DNA of 64,000 nt from an uncultured Gammaproteobacteria bacterium (GCA_964404855.1 CAYOLO010000001.1:158245-222244); one strand, 5' to 3'; shown: positions 20,381 to 30,038, counted from the first letter of the stretch. Program-made: numbers and translations. Notes: a model not told the origin generated them from the sequence alone.

Positions 20381-22117
20381 ATGACAAAGTTGCCTGCCTA
20401 TCGTCAAGTTTTATCCCACGCCTCGAGGCTATTTCTTATAAGTCTAGTTGTTGTGGTGCAGATTATTACCTTATCAGTTGGAAATAATGCGATTGCTCTT
20501 GATTTGAATAACAGCGATGAGATTGCTAAGGAAATTGAAAAATTAAGTAAAGACTTAAAGGCGAGTCAAGATGCCACAGTGCCTCTTGAGCAAAAGCTTA
20601 AGAGCTTGACTGGTCAAATAACTTCTATTCAGACAAAAATAAATAAATACACGAATGATATTGATTTGGCAGAGAAGCAAATCAAGCAAAAAGAAGCTGA
20701 TTTAGAAAAGCAGAAAAAAATATTAGCTGCGACAGTAAGAAGTTATTACATTCGAACTTTTGTGGATACTCCGCTTTTGACGCTACTTTCTTCTGATAGC
20801 GCTACGGATGTGACAAGAGAACTGACTTTTCGTAGCAAAACAACAGATAGGGATAAGAATTTAATAATGACAATTACTGCTGATATTACAGGACTTAAAC
20901 AGGACAAAGAAGATTTGGCTAAAGAGAAAACTAAACTGGCTGGACTTCAGACTTCGTTGAATAAAGAGGCTGATTTTTACAAAAAAGAAGTGACTGGTGC
21001 AAAAGAATTCCAAAATAGTCTTACAGGTCAAATTGCCACATTAACTGCTCGACAGAATGAAATTATTGCCAGCAAGAGTGGGTCTTTTAGCGCAAGTGTA
21101 GGCGAAGTGCCTTTAACGGATGATCCAAACGCGGGGATAAATTTTAACCCAGGATTTTCGCCGGCATTCGCAGTTTTTTCTTTTGGTGGATTTACTCATA
21201 GGAAGGGCATGAGCCAATATGGTGCCAAAGCAAGAGCTGAAGCTGGACAGGATTATAAAGCAATTTTGAGCAAATATTATGGAAAGGAACCAACGAATAA
21301 AGATACTGGTGGAAACATTAAAGTAATAGGACATGGAGAAATGGACTTCGAAACTAAATATCTTTATGGTATTGGTGAAATGTCGTCTAGTTGGCCAAAA
21401 GAAGCTTTAAAGGCACAGGCAGTAGCCGCAAGAACGTATGCAATGGGGTTTAAATCTATAGGTAAAGAGATTGACGTAGGAACAAATAATCAAGTTTTTA
21501 TTAAGTCTAAGTCAGATAATCCTCCTTCAGCTTGGAAGCAGGCCGTTGATGACACTAAAGGACAAATATTGGAAAATATTCAAACATCTGAATATTCATC
21601 GACTTCAGGGGGTTATTTAACGACTTCTGGTTGGGATACAGTTTGTGGAAACCAAGAGTGTTGGCCTTCCCAGGCATATGAAAAAATAGCTAACAGTCCG
21701 TTTTTTTATGTTGGTTGGTATACAGAAGATATAAGTAAAAACTCTGATAAGTGTGGAAGAAGTCATCCATGGTTAACAAATGAAGAATTTGCTGATATTT
21801 TGAATGGATATCTATTGACGAAAAATGGGCACACTGATGCTAGCAGAGTTACTCCAATAACGATCTCTTGTTGGGGGGGCAATCCTTTATCTATTGGAGA
21901 GGTTAGGGATAGGGCAAATCAATATGGGGGTGCATATACCTCTATAAGTTCTGTGTCAGTTTCTTATTCTGGAAATGGCACTACTGGCAGTGTGACAATT
22001 AACTCTAATCGAGGCACAGAATCGATATCTGGAGACGAATTCAAAAAAGCTTTTAATGTTAGAGCACCAGGTTGGATTTCGATTCGAACGCCACTATTTA
22101 ATATAGAGAAAAAATAG
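20381..22117 (+). CDS. Coiled-coil plus SpoIID/LytB-domain cell wall enzyme
   Basis: Signal anchor, PcsB/CwlO-like coiled coil, HRKGMSQYGA, YLYGIGEM..SW..EALKAQAVAARTYA. Confidence 0.85.
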   Translation: MTKLPAYRQVLSHASRLFLISLVVVVQIITLSVGNNAIALDLNNSDEIAKEIEKLSKDLKASQDATVPLEQKLKSLTGQITSIQTKINKYTNDIDLAEKQIKQKEADLEKQKKILAATVRSYYIRTFVDTPLLTLLSSDSATDVTRELTFRSKTTDRDKNLIMTITADITGLKQDKEDLAKEKTKLAGLQTSLNKEADFYKKEVTGAKEFQNSLTGQIATLTARQNEIIASKSGSFSASVGEVPLTDDPNAGINFNPGFSPAFAVFSFGGFTHRKGMSQYGAKARAEAGQDYKAILSKYYGKEPTNKDTGGNIKVIGHGEMDFETKYLYGIGEMSSSWPKEALKAQAVAARTYAMGFKSIGKEIDVGTNNQVFIKSKSDNPPSAWKQAVDDTKGQILENIQTSEYSSTSGGYLTTSGWDTVCGNQECWPSQAYEKIANSPFFYVGWYTEDISKNSDKCGRSHPWLTNEEFADILNGYLLTKNGHTDASRVTPITISCWGGNPLSIGEVRDRANQYGGAYTSISSVSVSYSGNGTTGSVTINSNRGTESISGDEFKKAFNVRAPGWISIRTPLFNIEKK

Positions 22118-22161
22118 TTTTCAATAATTAATTAATAGTTTGGGGTAGAATTATTTCAATA

Positions 22162-22728
22162 ATGTTTAATTCTTATTTTGAAAATCCTTCGGGAATATCT
22201 TTTGAAGGACAAGAGCCCGGAGAGAAGGTCATATTGTTTTTACGACAGCATTTTGTGGTTTTGATTAGTTGGTTTGTAGTGGTTATCTTGATGTCTTTGG
22301 TACCGTTTGTGTTTTTTGGACTCGTTTCTTTTTTTGAGGTGGATATTACGACAGTTATTTCTGGACCTTATTGGATAGTGGCAACATTGTTGTGGTTTTT
22401 GATAACTTTTGGGGTGTTGTTTGAAAAATTAGTCAGTTGGTTTAATAACACCTATATTTTGACGAACGAAAGAATAATTGATGTGGACTTTCACAACTTA
22501 TTATCAAAAAAGGTGTCTTATGCACACCTAGACAATATTGAGGATGTTTCTCAAGCTGTAGGGGGTATTGCAAGACTATTTTTTGATTATGGTCATGTGC
22601 ATATTCAGACCGCAGCCGAACAGAGAGAGTTTGATTTTCACTCTGTTCCACAGCCGGCCAAGGTATCACTAGCGATACAAAAGGAAGCTAGGTTAGAAAA
22701 AGCCGAACCAGATGGAGTAATTCAGTAA
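22162..22728 (+). CDS. Membrane protein with bacterial PH domain
   Basis: Two TM helices then YILTNERIID...IEDV...FDYGHVHIQTA. Confidence 0.8.
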   Translation: MFNSYFENPSGISFEGQEPGEKVILFLRQHFVVLISWFVVVILMSLVPFVFFGLVSFFEVDITTVISGPYWIVATLLWFLITFGVLFEKLVSWFNNTYILTNERIIDVDFHNLLSKKVSYAHLDNIEDVSQAVGGIARLFFDYGHVHIQTAAEQREFDFHSVPQPAKVSLAIQKEARLEKAEPDGVIQ

Positions 22729-22730
22729 TT

Positions 22731-22970
22731 ATGGATATATTTTTTAGTGGGGGATTATTCAGTTTTGAAACGATTTTTAAAGCCTTTTTGGTTTTAGGGT
22801 CGGTTTTTTATCTAGTTTTTTCACTGCTTGTACTAAAGCAAGTTAATGTGACAAATCGGACTGTTCAAAACAATGAGGGTGGAACATTTAAGTTTATTTC
22901 AATATTAAATATTGGTGCTTCGGCGGCTGTACTATTATTGATTCTCGGTCTTATTTTTACTAACGCTTAG
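22731..22970 (+). CDS. Small two-TM membrane protein (DUF5657-like)
   Basis: FY.VFSLLVLKQV..NRT motif; two TM helices. Confidence 0.6.
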   Translation: MDIFFSGGLFSFETIFKAFLVLGSVFYLVFSLLVLKQVNVTNRTVQNNEGGTFKFISILNIGASAAVLLLILGLIFTNA

Positions 22971-22991
22971 CCTTATTTTGGACCTGTAATG

Positions 22992-23020
22992 TTGAGTTTT
23001 ATGCCTAATTGTGGTATAAT
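22992..23020 (+). promoter_or_regulatory. Sigma70 promoter of ssrA
   Basis: TTGAGT, 17 bp spacer, TATAAT with TGn extension, 10 nt before tmRNA. Confidence 0.7.
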
Positions 23021-23030
23021 GCGTTCTATT

Positions 23031-23483
23031 GGGGATGTATTGCCTCGACGAAATAGCTCGTTAAAAACTGCAAGCCGAGTGATTCTAAATAACTCGCAAA
23101 ATATTTTTAGAAAAAATAACTGTCAGCAAAATTTCTGACAAAGTAAACGGTTCTCTTGCAGGATTGTTTGCTCCTCGTCCGTCTGCTTACGCTTTTGCCT
23201 AAGTTAGGCCGATAAGGACTTTAAATGGTTTTTCTCCAACGGAACTATTTAGGGTACAACTTAGTTGGAGTCAAAGCGCTCATTTGCTAATTATTGGGTA
23301 TGCGGAAAGATATTATTAATATCTCTTAATAAAGATATTTATAATTTAAATTAGATAGTTTTGACCTCTAACTTGTTAGTGAGACTAAGGGCTCAGAATG
23401 ATTTTTATAAACACTAACTACGCTTGTAGAAGTTTTTGTCGGAATATTATCGGACGCGGGTTCATAGCCCGCCATCTCCACCA
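23031..23483 (+). ncRNA. ssrA: tmRNA
   Basis: 5' GGGGATG..CTCGAC and 3' CATCTCCACCA acceptor stem with G3.U70; T-arm GCGGG/CCCGC; tag frame 23122-23202 ending SAYAFA*; smpB nearby. Confidence 0.93.
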
Positions 23484-23508
23484 AAATATTTTAGATATTT
23501 ATCTAAAC

Positions 23509-23539
23509 AAAAGGCTGCTCGAAATGAGCGGCTTTTTTT
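23509..23539 (+). terminator. Intrinsic terminator of ssrA
   Basis: GGCTGCTC-GAAAT-GAGCGGC followed by T7. Confidence 0.75.
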
Positions 23540-23550
23540 GTGTGAACTTT

Positions 23551-24228
23551 ATGTTTTTGTCCTTAACTGATTTTTTATTTCCCAAAAAATGTCTTGGCTG
23601 TTCTCGAAACGGCAGTTATTTTTGCCAAAGGTGCATTGGTAAACAGGAACAATATGGTGACCAGAAGTGTATAAAATGCCAGCGGTCAAGCTTGGACGGT
23701 TTAACTCATCCAAAGTGTAAATCGGTCTACTTACCTGAAGGAGTTTTTGTTATGTATCGGTATAAAAATATCCTGAAAAAGTTAGTTAGAGATATTAAAT
23801 TTCGCAGATTAAAATCTTTGGATAATGAGTTAACTCAACTTTACGCTAATTTGGACGAAAGACTTGTTGACTATTGGTTAAAAAATCAGTTTGTTGTTAC
23901 AAGTGTGCCGATTTCTAGGAGTAAATTAAATAAAAGAGGATTTAATCAGGCGGAATTACTAGCTAAAAAGTTTGCAAGTATAAATGATTTGGAATATCAG
24001 GATTTTTTAAGTCGAAAACGAGATACAAAAGCACAATTTGGATTAAACAGAAAAGAAAGGTTTCAAAATATTGCTAATTCATTTACTTTGAAAAAAAAGT
24101 TTAAGAAAGACACTAATTTGTTACTAATTGATGATGTTATAACGACAGGTGTGACGGCAATTGAGTGCGTTAAGGTCTTAAAAAGAAGCAGGGCGGGCAA
24201 GGTTTGGGTTTTGGTCTTAGCTGGATAA
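23551..24228 (+). CDS. comF: ComF family competence protein (Zn ribbon plus PRTase)
   Basis: LFPKKCLGC..C..C, RGFNQAELLA, LLIDDVITTG. Confidence 0.9.
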   Translation: MFLSLTDFLFPKKCLGCSRNGSYFCQRCIGKQEQYGDQKCIKCQRSSLDGLTHPKCKSVYLPEGVFVMYRYKNILKKLVRDIKFRRLKSLDNELTQLYANLDERLVDYWLKNQFVVTSVPISRSKLNKRGFNQAELLAKKFASINDLEYQDFLSRKRDTKAQFGLNRKERFQNIANSFTLKKKFKKDTNLLLIDDVITTGVTAIECVKVLKRSRAGKVWVLVLAG

Positions 24229-24245
24229 ATTTATTTTTACCCTTT

Positions 24246-26159
24246 TTAAATCTTGAGTGCGAGAATGTTGTTTTGTGTGAGAAGGTAAATAGTTTGATCT
24301 TTCTCTGAAACGGCAATATCTAAAACATTTGCGATTTGCGGGTCTTGATATTGCAGTCTGTAACCTCCTGTTTTGCCAAAGGCGATTACGCGTGAATTGT
24401 CGGGATCAAGAATATAAACAATGTCGGTCGATTCTGCATCAGAGTAAATTTTGGCTTTTGAACCGATTTTTTTGTCTAGTCCTGAGGTTGGAAAACTAGT
24501 ACCAGAGTCTGGTAAAAAGTTGTAAACATTTTCTGAGCCTGTGAGAATCCAAATGGAGCCGTCGATACTCATATCGATTCCATCACTGATGTCTCTTGAG
24601 ACACTATCCTTAATGTAGTTGGTTTTGGCCGAGAATGAACTTTCGGTTGGAGTATATTTCCAAACTTGATTATTGCCGTTGTCGAGCACATAAACATTAC
24701 CACCAAATGACGCAATTGATCCAACTCCGTTCCAGTTTTGGTCTTTGGGGTCGATGACAATTTCGGTTTTATTATCGCCAGCTACTGACCTGACGACTCC
24801 AATAGAGTCTTTGTAGGCAAAGGTTCGGCCGAGTGAACCTGCAACGAACTCAGCACCCTTAACTGATTCTCCACCACCAACAATTTCGGTGCTTTTGCGG
24901 TCAATGTTTATTTGATAAAGAGAACCGTTCTGGTTGTCTAGAACATTTAGTACTCTGCCATCAAGGTCGAGACTATATCCAGTAGCTGTGGTTTTGATAA
25001 GGTCGAGTTTGATGAATTCAGTAATGATGGCATCTTTAACATTTAGAGTTTGAGAAATGCTTTCTTGAATTTTTGTCAGTAATATTTTGGCTGATTCGTT
25101 ATTTGGGGTAAGAGCTAGGATATTATTGACTTTGTTTTGGGCAGAAACAAGCTTGTTGCGAGCAAGTGGAGGATTGGAAACTACTAATGGGAGGGCTTGT
25201 TGATATTCTGTTTGAGCTTCAATTAATAGTTCTTGGCTTTGAAGATTTTTGGATTCTTGAGTCACACCAGTAAAGGCTAAAAATAATCGAGCTGAAAGGG
25301 CAAAAATAAAAATTACAGTCAGCAGGCCGTATGTTTTTTTGGCTTTTCTGGGATCACTAAAAATATTACTTAGATTTGGTTTTTTGACTCTGGCGCGAAA
25401 TTGAGCATTTTCGACTGAAGTTGGTATTGCTTTTTCAGCCAACTCTTCTTCATCAATCTGATGTGGGGTAAGTATGTTTTGATTAACATTTTCAAGATTA
25501 TCGTAGGTAATTTTTTGTTCATTTTGGACTGCTGGGAGAGTAATAATTTTACAAATACCAATAGTGGTGTTGGCAAGGATTTCAAGATCAACTTCTTTTC
25601 TTAAGTGAGCTTGGATGGTATCTGTGTCATTAAGATCTTGGTGTTTAAGGGCGTTTTTGAGAACAGGATGATAGTTGCTAGTTAAAATAATCGTATCGTT
25701 TTCTTGCCAGATACCAGAGGCGGTTCGGATGATATGGGTTTGTGCTTCTGATTCTGCGTCGGGTAGGGGTGCATTTTGAACGATAGGAGCAAAAACAGAA
25801 TGTCTTTTTAAATAAACTTGACCCAAACCTTTGGTAAGAGCGTAAATAGTTTGGTCAATGACTGCAACTAGGCTTGAATTGGGGTTATCAATAATTGAAA
25901 GTCCGTCAGAAAATGCTGTTTTTAAGGCCTCTAGGTTGCCAAGAGCGATATTGGTTTTAAAAGAATTAATGATTGTTTCAAAAGTTTGAGCTGATTTTTC
26001 TCCTAGATTTTCTAATTCTGTAGAGGAGGAGAAGGAGAAGATTAAAAAAGCAGGTTGTCCGTTGTGTAGTTCTACCTCTCGAAATACGACATCGCCGTAA
26101 TTTGGCTTTTCGTCACCAGATATCTTGATTGTGTTGGTTATGACCGAAATGTTTTTCAC
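24246..26159 (-). CDS. Membrane protein: degenerate PP2C-like N-terminus, TM, beta-propeller
   Basis: Central TM; C-terminal propeller repeats NVYVLD, QVWKY, SIDGSIWIL, YILDPDNSRV. Confidence 0.65.
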   Translation of the reverse strand: MKNISVITNTIKISGDEKPNYGDVVFREVELHNGQPAFLIFSFSSSTELENLGEKSAQTFETIINSFKTNIALGNLEALKTAFSDGLSIIDNPNSSLVAVIDQTIYALTKGLGQVYLKRHSVFAPIVQNAPLPDAESEAQTHIIRTASGIWQENDTIILTSNYHPVLKNALKHQDLNDTDTIQAHLRKEVDLEILANTTIGICKIITLPAVQNEQKITYDNLENVNQNILTPHQIDEEELAEKAIPTSVENAQFRARVKKPNLSNIFSDPRKAKKTYGLLTVIFIFALSARLFLAFTGVTQESKNLQSQELLIEAQTEYQQALPLVVSNPPLARNKLVSAQNKVNNILALTPNNESAKILLTKIQESISQTLNVKDAIITEFIKLDLIKTTATGYSLDLDGRVLNVLDNQNGSLYQINIDRKSTEIVGGGESVKGAEFVAGSLGRTFAYKDSIGVVRSVAGDNKTEIVIDPKDQNWNGVGSIASFGGNVYVLDNGNNQVWKYTPTESSFSAKTNYIKDSVSRDISDGIDMSIDGSIWILTGSENVYNFLPDSGTSFPTSGLDKKIGSKAKIYSDAESTDIVYILDPDNSRVIAFGKTGGYRLQYQDPQIANVLDIAVSEKDQTIYLLTQNNILALKI

Positions 26160-26194
26160 TATTTATCAGGGCAGGTTAATAAAAATATTACTGT

Positions 26195-26632
26195 TTATAT
26201 TTTAGACCGTAATGACTTAGCAATGTCGCGGTCCATTGCTGCTTTTTTCAAAGTTGCTCTTTTGTCGGCTAGTTTTTTTGGTTTGGCGAGAGCGATTTGC
26301 ACTTTGACGAGATTGTTTTTGAAATAAACGGAAAGAGGAATAATCGAAATACTTTTTTGGGTGTTGTGTTGGGTAAGGTAAAGAATTTCTTTTTTGTGCA
26401 TTAGTAGTTTGCGGTCGCGGTCAGGGCTAATATTTAATTGAGAACCTTGAAAAGGGGGAATATGGCAGTTAATTAAATAGAGTCCGTCGTCTAGAGTTTT
26501 GACAAAGCTTTCTTGAAGATTACACCTTCCAAGACGAAGTGATTTGACCTCAGAGCCCGCAAGAGCGATACCCGCTTCAAAGGTTTCGAGGATAAAATAA
26601 TCATGATAGGCTTTGCGGTTTGCAATACGCAT
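26195..26632 (-). CDS. smpB: SsrA-binding protein SmpB
   Basis: NRKAYHDYFILETFEAGIAL.GSEVKSLR, RDRKLLMHKKEI. Confidence 0.97.
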   Translation of the reverse strand: MRIANRKAYHDYFILETFEAGIALAGSEVKSLRLGRCNLQESFVKTLDDGLYLINCHIPPFQGSQLNISPDRDRKLLMHKKEILYLTQHNTQKSISIIPLSVYFKNNLVKVQIALAKPKKLADKRATLKKAAMDRDIAKSLRSKI

Positions 26633-26665
26633 AGCTAATATTTTACCTGATAATCAATTGGAAAA

Positions 26666-27109
26666 TTATTTTTTGAGCTCGTAGCTGGTTTTGTTGGCAA
26701 ATTCGTTGCCATTTCTGTCTAGCTGTCTGAGCGTGTTTTCGTTGACTTGAAGATAATATTTGGAAAGTTCCGAATCCTCGGGTTCGATTTGAAAAAGAGT
26801 TTTACCGTCTTTATCAATTTTTATAAATTTACCTTGACTAGAAAGAGGACTTGTTTGATTAACATATGTTTCGTTGGCGAAATATTTGACTGGCTCATTG
26901 GTTTGTGGGTCAAAATATAGAGTGAGGACTGTCTCGATACCTGCACAATCGGTACAAGGAAGAGTGCCGTAAAATGGTCCAACTTCAGTTAGTTTGGGAG
27001 TAGGGGTTGGGGTTGTTGTTTCAGTAGTGGTTTTGGAACTAGTTGGATTGCACCCGGAAACAAAAACTAAACCAAGAATAAGACAAAAGGTTAAATATTT
27101 AAATTTCAT
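26666..27109 (-). CDS. NlpE N-terminal-domain (copper resistance) lipoprotein
   Basis: Lipobox VSGC; YGTLPCTDCAGIETVLTL. Confidence 0.8.
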   Translation of the reverse strand: MKFKYLTFCLILGLVFVSGCNPTSSKTTTETTTPTPTPKLTEVGPFYGTLPCTDCAGIETVLTLYFDPQTNEPVKYFANETYVNQTSPLSSQGKFIKIDKDGKTLFQIEPEDSELSKYYLQVNENTLRQLDRNGNEFANKTSYELKK

Positions 27110-27164
27110 TTCAAAACCAATTATATTAGAAATAATAATAAAAATTAAAAAGAATGTAGGATTT

Positions 27165-27944
27165 TTAACGATTACGTTCGTTTTTGACAAAAAGAAAAGT
27201 TCCAATTACAAGAAAAATTAAACCAGCTCCTAATACAACAGAGAGGTTAATTAGCGGATTAAAGAGTACGGTTTTGGAATATTCTGGATTGCCCAGATAA
27301 TAGACGCTTCTAAGTAGGTCGACAGCGTAGGTCATCGGTGAAAGTCGAGAGGCAATTAATATTGGCAAAGGAAGATTGGAAATAGGATTAAAAACACCAG
27401 CCAGAAAGAATTGGGGAAAAAGAATAAAAGGAAATATTTGATTAGCTGCTCTTTGATTACTTAGGCTAGACATAACCATAACACCAAAAGCTCCACCAAA
27501 AAATGAGACTGCGAAGACAAATGGGATAAGTCTAATAAGGGCGGGAATGTCGAGCGGGATGCCCATAATAAAACCAAAAACTAAAACGCCAACAATCTGA
27601 ACCATAGAAATTAATGTTTCGCCAAGTATTTTGCCAAGCAGAATGGAGTAGCGGGAGATTGGCGCAATAAACATTTCTTGGGCGAAGTCGTTTTGTCTGT
27701 CTTCGACTAGAGAAATAATTCCTGAAGCTGTTGACTGAAAAAGAGTTTGGGCAATTACGCCAATAAAAACAAAAACCAAGAAATTAAATCCAAGATTGTC
27801 GCCAAGATTTGACTGTAAGCTGGTACCAAGGACGCCAATAAAAATAACTGGGAAGATAAGACTAGCTAATATCCTCGGACGGTCGCGAAATAGCTTGGAG
27901 ACATCTCTAAAAGCAATGGTAATAATGGCGTTAAGATTGTGCAT
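27165..27944 (-). CDS. ABC-2 type exporter permease
   Basis: Six TM helices, APISR..ILLGKILG, FLAGVFNPI, SPMTYAVD. Confidence 0.9.
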   Translation of the reverse strand: MHNLNAIITIAFRDVSKLFRDRPRILASLIFPVIFIGVLGTSLQSNLGDNLGFNFLVFVFIGVIAQTLFQSTASGIISLVEDRQNDFAQEMFIAPISRYSILLGKILGETLISMVQIVGVLVFGFIMGIPLDIPALIRLIPFVFAVSFFGGAFGVMVMSSLSNQRAANQIFPFILFPQFFLAGVFNPISNLPLPILIASRLSPMTYAVDLLRSVYYLGNPEYSKTVLFNPLINLSVVLGAGLIFLVIGTFLFVKNERNR

Positions 27945-28893
27945 TTTTGGTAATTATTTCTACATAAGCATCCTCGAGTGATGGGTTGTGAATGTCTAGA
28001 AAAGTAAGAGGAGTTTTGATTTTTTGGATTATTTCCTGACCAGTTGATTGATTATTAATTAAGATTTTTACTGGTCCAGCTCCTTCAAATTTGATTTTGT
28101 GACTAGTTAATTCCCTGGTTAGTTTAGTGCGATCTTTGGAGTCAAGAGTAATGTATTTTTTGATTAATGATTCTTTTATTTCAACTGGTGTTCCTTTGGT
28201 AGTGATTTTGCCTTGATCAATAATGCATATAAAGTCAGAATTTTCTGCTTCTTCTAGATAGTGGGTTGTTAAAAAAATAGTGATATCTTCTTTTTTGCGG
28301 ATATCTTGGAGATATTTCCAGAGATTTTGGCGGCTGACTGGATCAAGGCCAGTGGTTGGTTCGTCAAGAAAGAGTACTTTTGGTTGATGCATTAGTGACC
28401 TAATGATTTCGAGTTTGCGTTTCATTCCACCAGAGAGAGTTTTGACTGGTTTATTGATGTCTTTTTCTAGTCCAACGACTTTGGCAAGCTTGGTAACTCT
28501 TTTTTTGTACTCACTTGGCATTAGTGAATATGTAGGCATAAATGTGTAGAGGTTGTAGAGGCTGGCGTGGAAGCGGATGTTTTCTTCAGCGGTTAAGTTA
28601 AGGTCGAGAGATGGATTTTGAAAAATAACTCCGATTTGTTGACGAACTTTTTCTGGGTGCTTTTCGACATCAAAACCAGCAATAGTTACAACTCCCTCTG
28701 TTTTGGAAAGAATAGTTGTAAGGATTGAGATTGCGGTTGTTTTGCCGGCACCGTTGGGTCCGAGGAGCGAAAAGAACGAACCTTCATCAACATAAAATGA
28801 AATATTGTCAACAGCGTTTGTTTTAGCCTTCTTATATTTTTTGACTAGGTTTTTGACCTCAATTATGTGATTAATCTCTTTTTTTGTTTTCAT
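27931..28893 (-). CDS. ABC exporter ATP-binding protein (DrrA-like)
   Basis: GPNGAGKT, LSGGM, LFLDEPTTGLD; start set at ATG 28893 downstream of the tRNA. Confidence 0.92.
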   Translation of the reverse strand: MKTKKEINHIIEVKNLVKKYKKAKTNAVDNISFYVDEGSFFSLLGPNGAGKTTAISILTTILSKTEGVVTIAGFDVEKHPEKVRQQIGVIFQNPSLDLNLTAEENIRFHASLYNLYTFMPTYSLMPSEYKKRVTKLAKVVGLEKDINKPVKTLSGGMKRKLEIIRSLMHQPKVLFLDEPTTGLDPVSRQNLWKYLQDIRKKEDITIFLTTHYLEEAENSDFICIIDQGKITTKGTPVEIKESLIKKYITLDSKDRTKLTRELTSHKIKFEGAGPVKILINNQSTGQEIIQKIKTPLTFLDIHNPSLEDAYVEIITKNAQS

Positions 28894-28902
28894 TATTGTT
28901 TC

Positions 28903-28992
28903 TGGCGGAGAGAGGGGGATTCGAACCCCCGATACGCTTACGCGTAAACCTGCTTTCCAAGCAAGCGCCATAGGCCTCTAGGCGACCTCTCC
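28903..28992 (-). tRNA. tRNA-Ser(GGA)
   Basis: GGAGAGG...CTTGC-TTGGAAA-GCAGG, long variable arm, GGTTCGAATCC, GCCA. Confidence 0.95.
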
Positions 28993-29065
28993 AAGTGTGG
29001 TATTTTAGCAGAGGCTAATGCAAACCTGAACCACCAGATAAAATTGAGCTGATATAATCTAATTT

Positions 29066-29677
29066 ATGCCCACCAAGTCCAAGCCAAAAACAAAAAAAGG
29101 CGACCAACTACTCAAAAAAGCATTTAGTATTCCCGATTATCAAAATTTAGACAGGAACCTGACCAAAGAAGAAATCTTAGCTCTCAAATCCGATGTCATA
29201 AAAAGTAAATCTTTACTTAGTTGGCGAGCATATTCTCGTGTCTACAAAAAGCGGACAAAAATGTATTACATAAATATCGCAATAATCGTATTTTTGCTTG
29301 GCCTAATAGCTATAACGATTCAAGAGCCAATTGTTGCGATGCTGATTCTTTCACTGGGATTTGTAGCTTATGTTTTGGCATATATTGAACCTCCAATTGT
29401 GGAGAATAGAATTACAAGATTAGGAATAGTTAATGGGGGTAGTGCTTTCTTGTGGGCTGAGTTAGGTAGTTTTTGGTTTTCCCAAAGAAATAAACAGACA
29501 ATTCTTAATATCACTCAAAACAAACTCAGGCCTGCGCTAGTTATGATTATTGAAGATAAAGAGAGGCAAAAAATAATTAATATTTTGTCAGAACAATTAG
29601 AGTATCGAAGAGACTATAAAGGTTTTATTGTCGATAAAATGGCAGATACGCTTGTTGAAAAAGTTCCTTTAGAGTAA
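29066..29677 (+). CDS. Two-TM membrane protein (DUF5673-like)
   Basis: LLSW.A..R..KKR, two TM helices, W.EL.SFWF. Confidence 0.65.
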   Translation: MPTKSKPKTKKGDQLLKKAFSIPDYQNLDRNLTKEEILALKSDVIKSKSLLSWRAYSRVYKKRTKMYYINIAIIVFLLGLIAITIQEPIVAMLILSLGFVAYVLAYIEPPIVENRITRLGIVNGGSAFLWAELGSFWFSQRNKQTILNITQNKLRPALVMIIEDKERQKIINILSEQLEYRRDYKGFIVDKMADTLVEKVPLE

Positions 29678-29703
29678 AATTCCCCTCGTTCTTTTGGAAT
29701 CAA

Positions 29704-29768
29704 GCGCTCGTAGCTCAGTTTAGGAAATCAGCAGAATAAATTCCCTGATATCCACTGAACTACAAACG
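29704..29768. repeat. Fold-back echo of tRNA-Arg 5' end
   Basis: GCGCTCGTAGCTCAGT (29704-29719) identical to tRNA 5' end; degenerate antisense copy at 29745-29768. Confidence 0.8.
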
Positions 29769-29788
29769 GTCAAAATTAAAATTTGTTC

Positions 29789-29861
29789 GCGCTCGTAGCT
29801 CAGTGGATAGAGTATCAGATTGCGGATCTGAGGGTCGCAGGTTCGAATCCTGCCGGGCGCA
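29789..29861 (+). tRNA. tRNA-Arg(GCG), CCA not encoded
   Basis: GCGCTCG/CGGGCGC acceptor, TCAGA-TTGCGGA-TCTGA, GGTTCGAATCC. Confidence 0.93.
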
Positions 29862-29878
29862 CACAGTTTAATACAACA

Positions 29879-29934
29879 GGAGGGGTCGCATAAGAACCTC
29901 AAGTTAAAACTTGAGAACCTTGCTCGACTCTTTC
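29879..29934. repeat. Fold-back echo of tRNA-Ser(TGA) 5' end
   Basis: GGAGGGGTCGCATA (29879-29892) identical to tRNA 5' end; inner hairpin CTCAAGTT-AA-AACTTGAG; degenerate antisense CGACTCTTTC. Confidence 0.75.
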
Positions 29935-29948
29935 AACGGAATAAATAA

Positions 29949-30038
29949 GGAGGGGTCGCATAGTGGACTAGTGCGGTCGTCTTGAAAACGACTAAGGGTT
30001 TACGCCCTTCGAGAGTTCGAATCTCTCCCCCTCCGCCA
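29949..30038 (+). tRNA. tRNA-Ser(TGA), integration target
   Basis: GTCGT-CTTGAAA-ACGAC, long variable arm, GTTCGAATC, GCCA. Confidence 0.95.

Noticed and set aside
23398-23550. N-terminal extension of comF
   Set aside because: Overlaps the tmRNA 3' end and terminator; ATG 23551 fits the family
28894-28971. N-terminal extension of ABC ATPase
   Set aside because: It is a translation of tRNA-Ser(GGA)
29704-29934. tRNA echoes as intron-containing or split tRNAs
   Set aside because: No matching 3' halves follow; complete uninterrupted tRNAs lie immediately downstream
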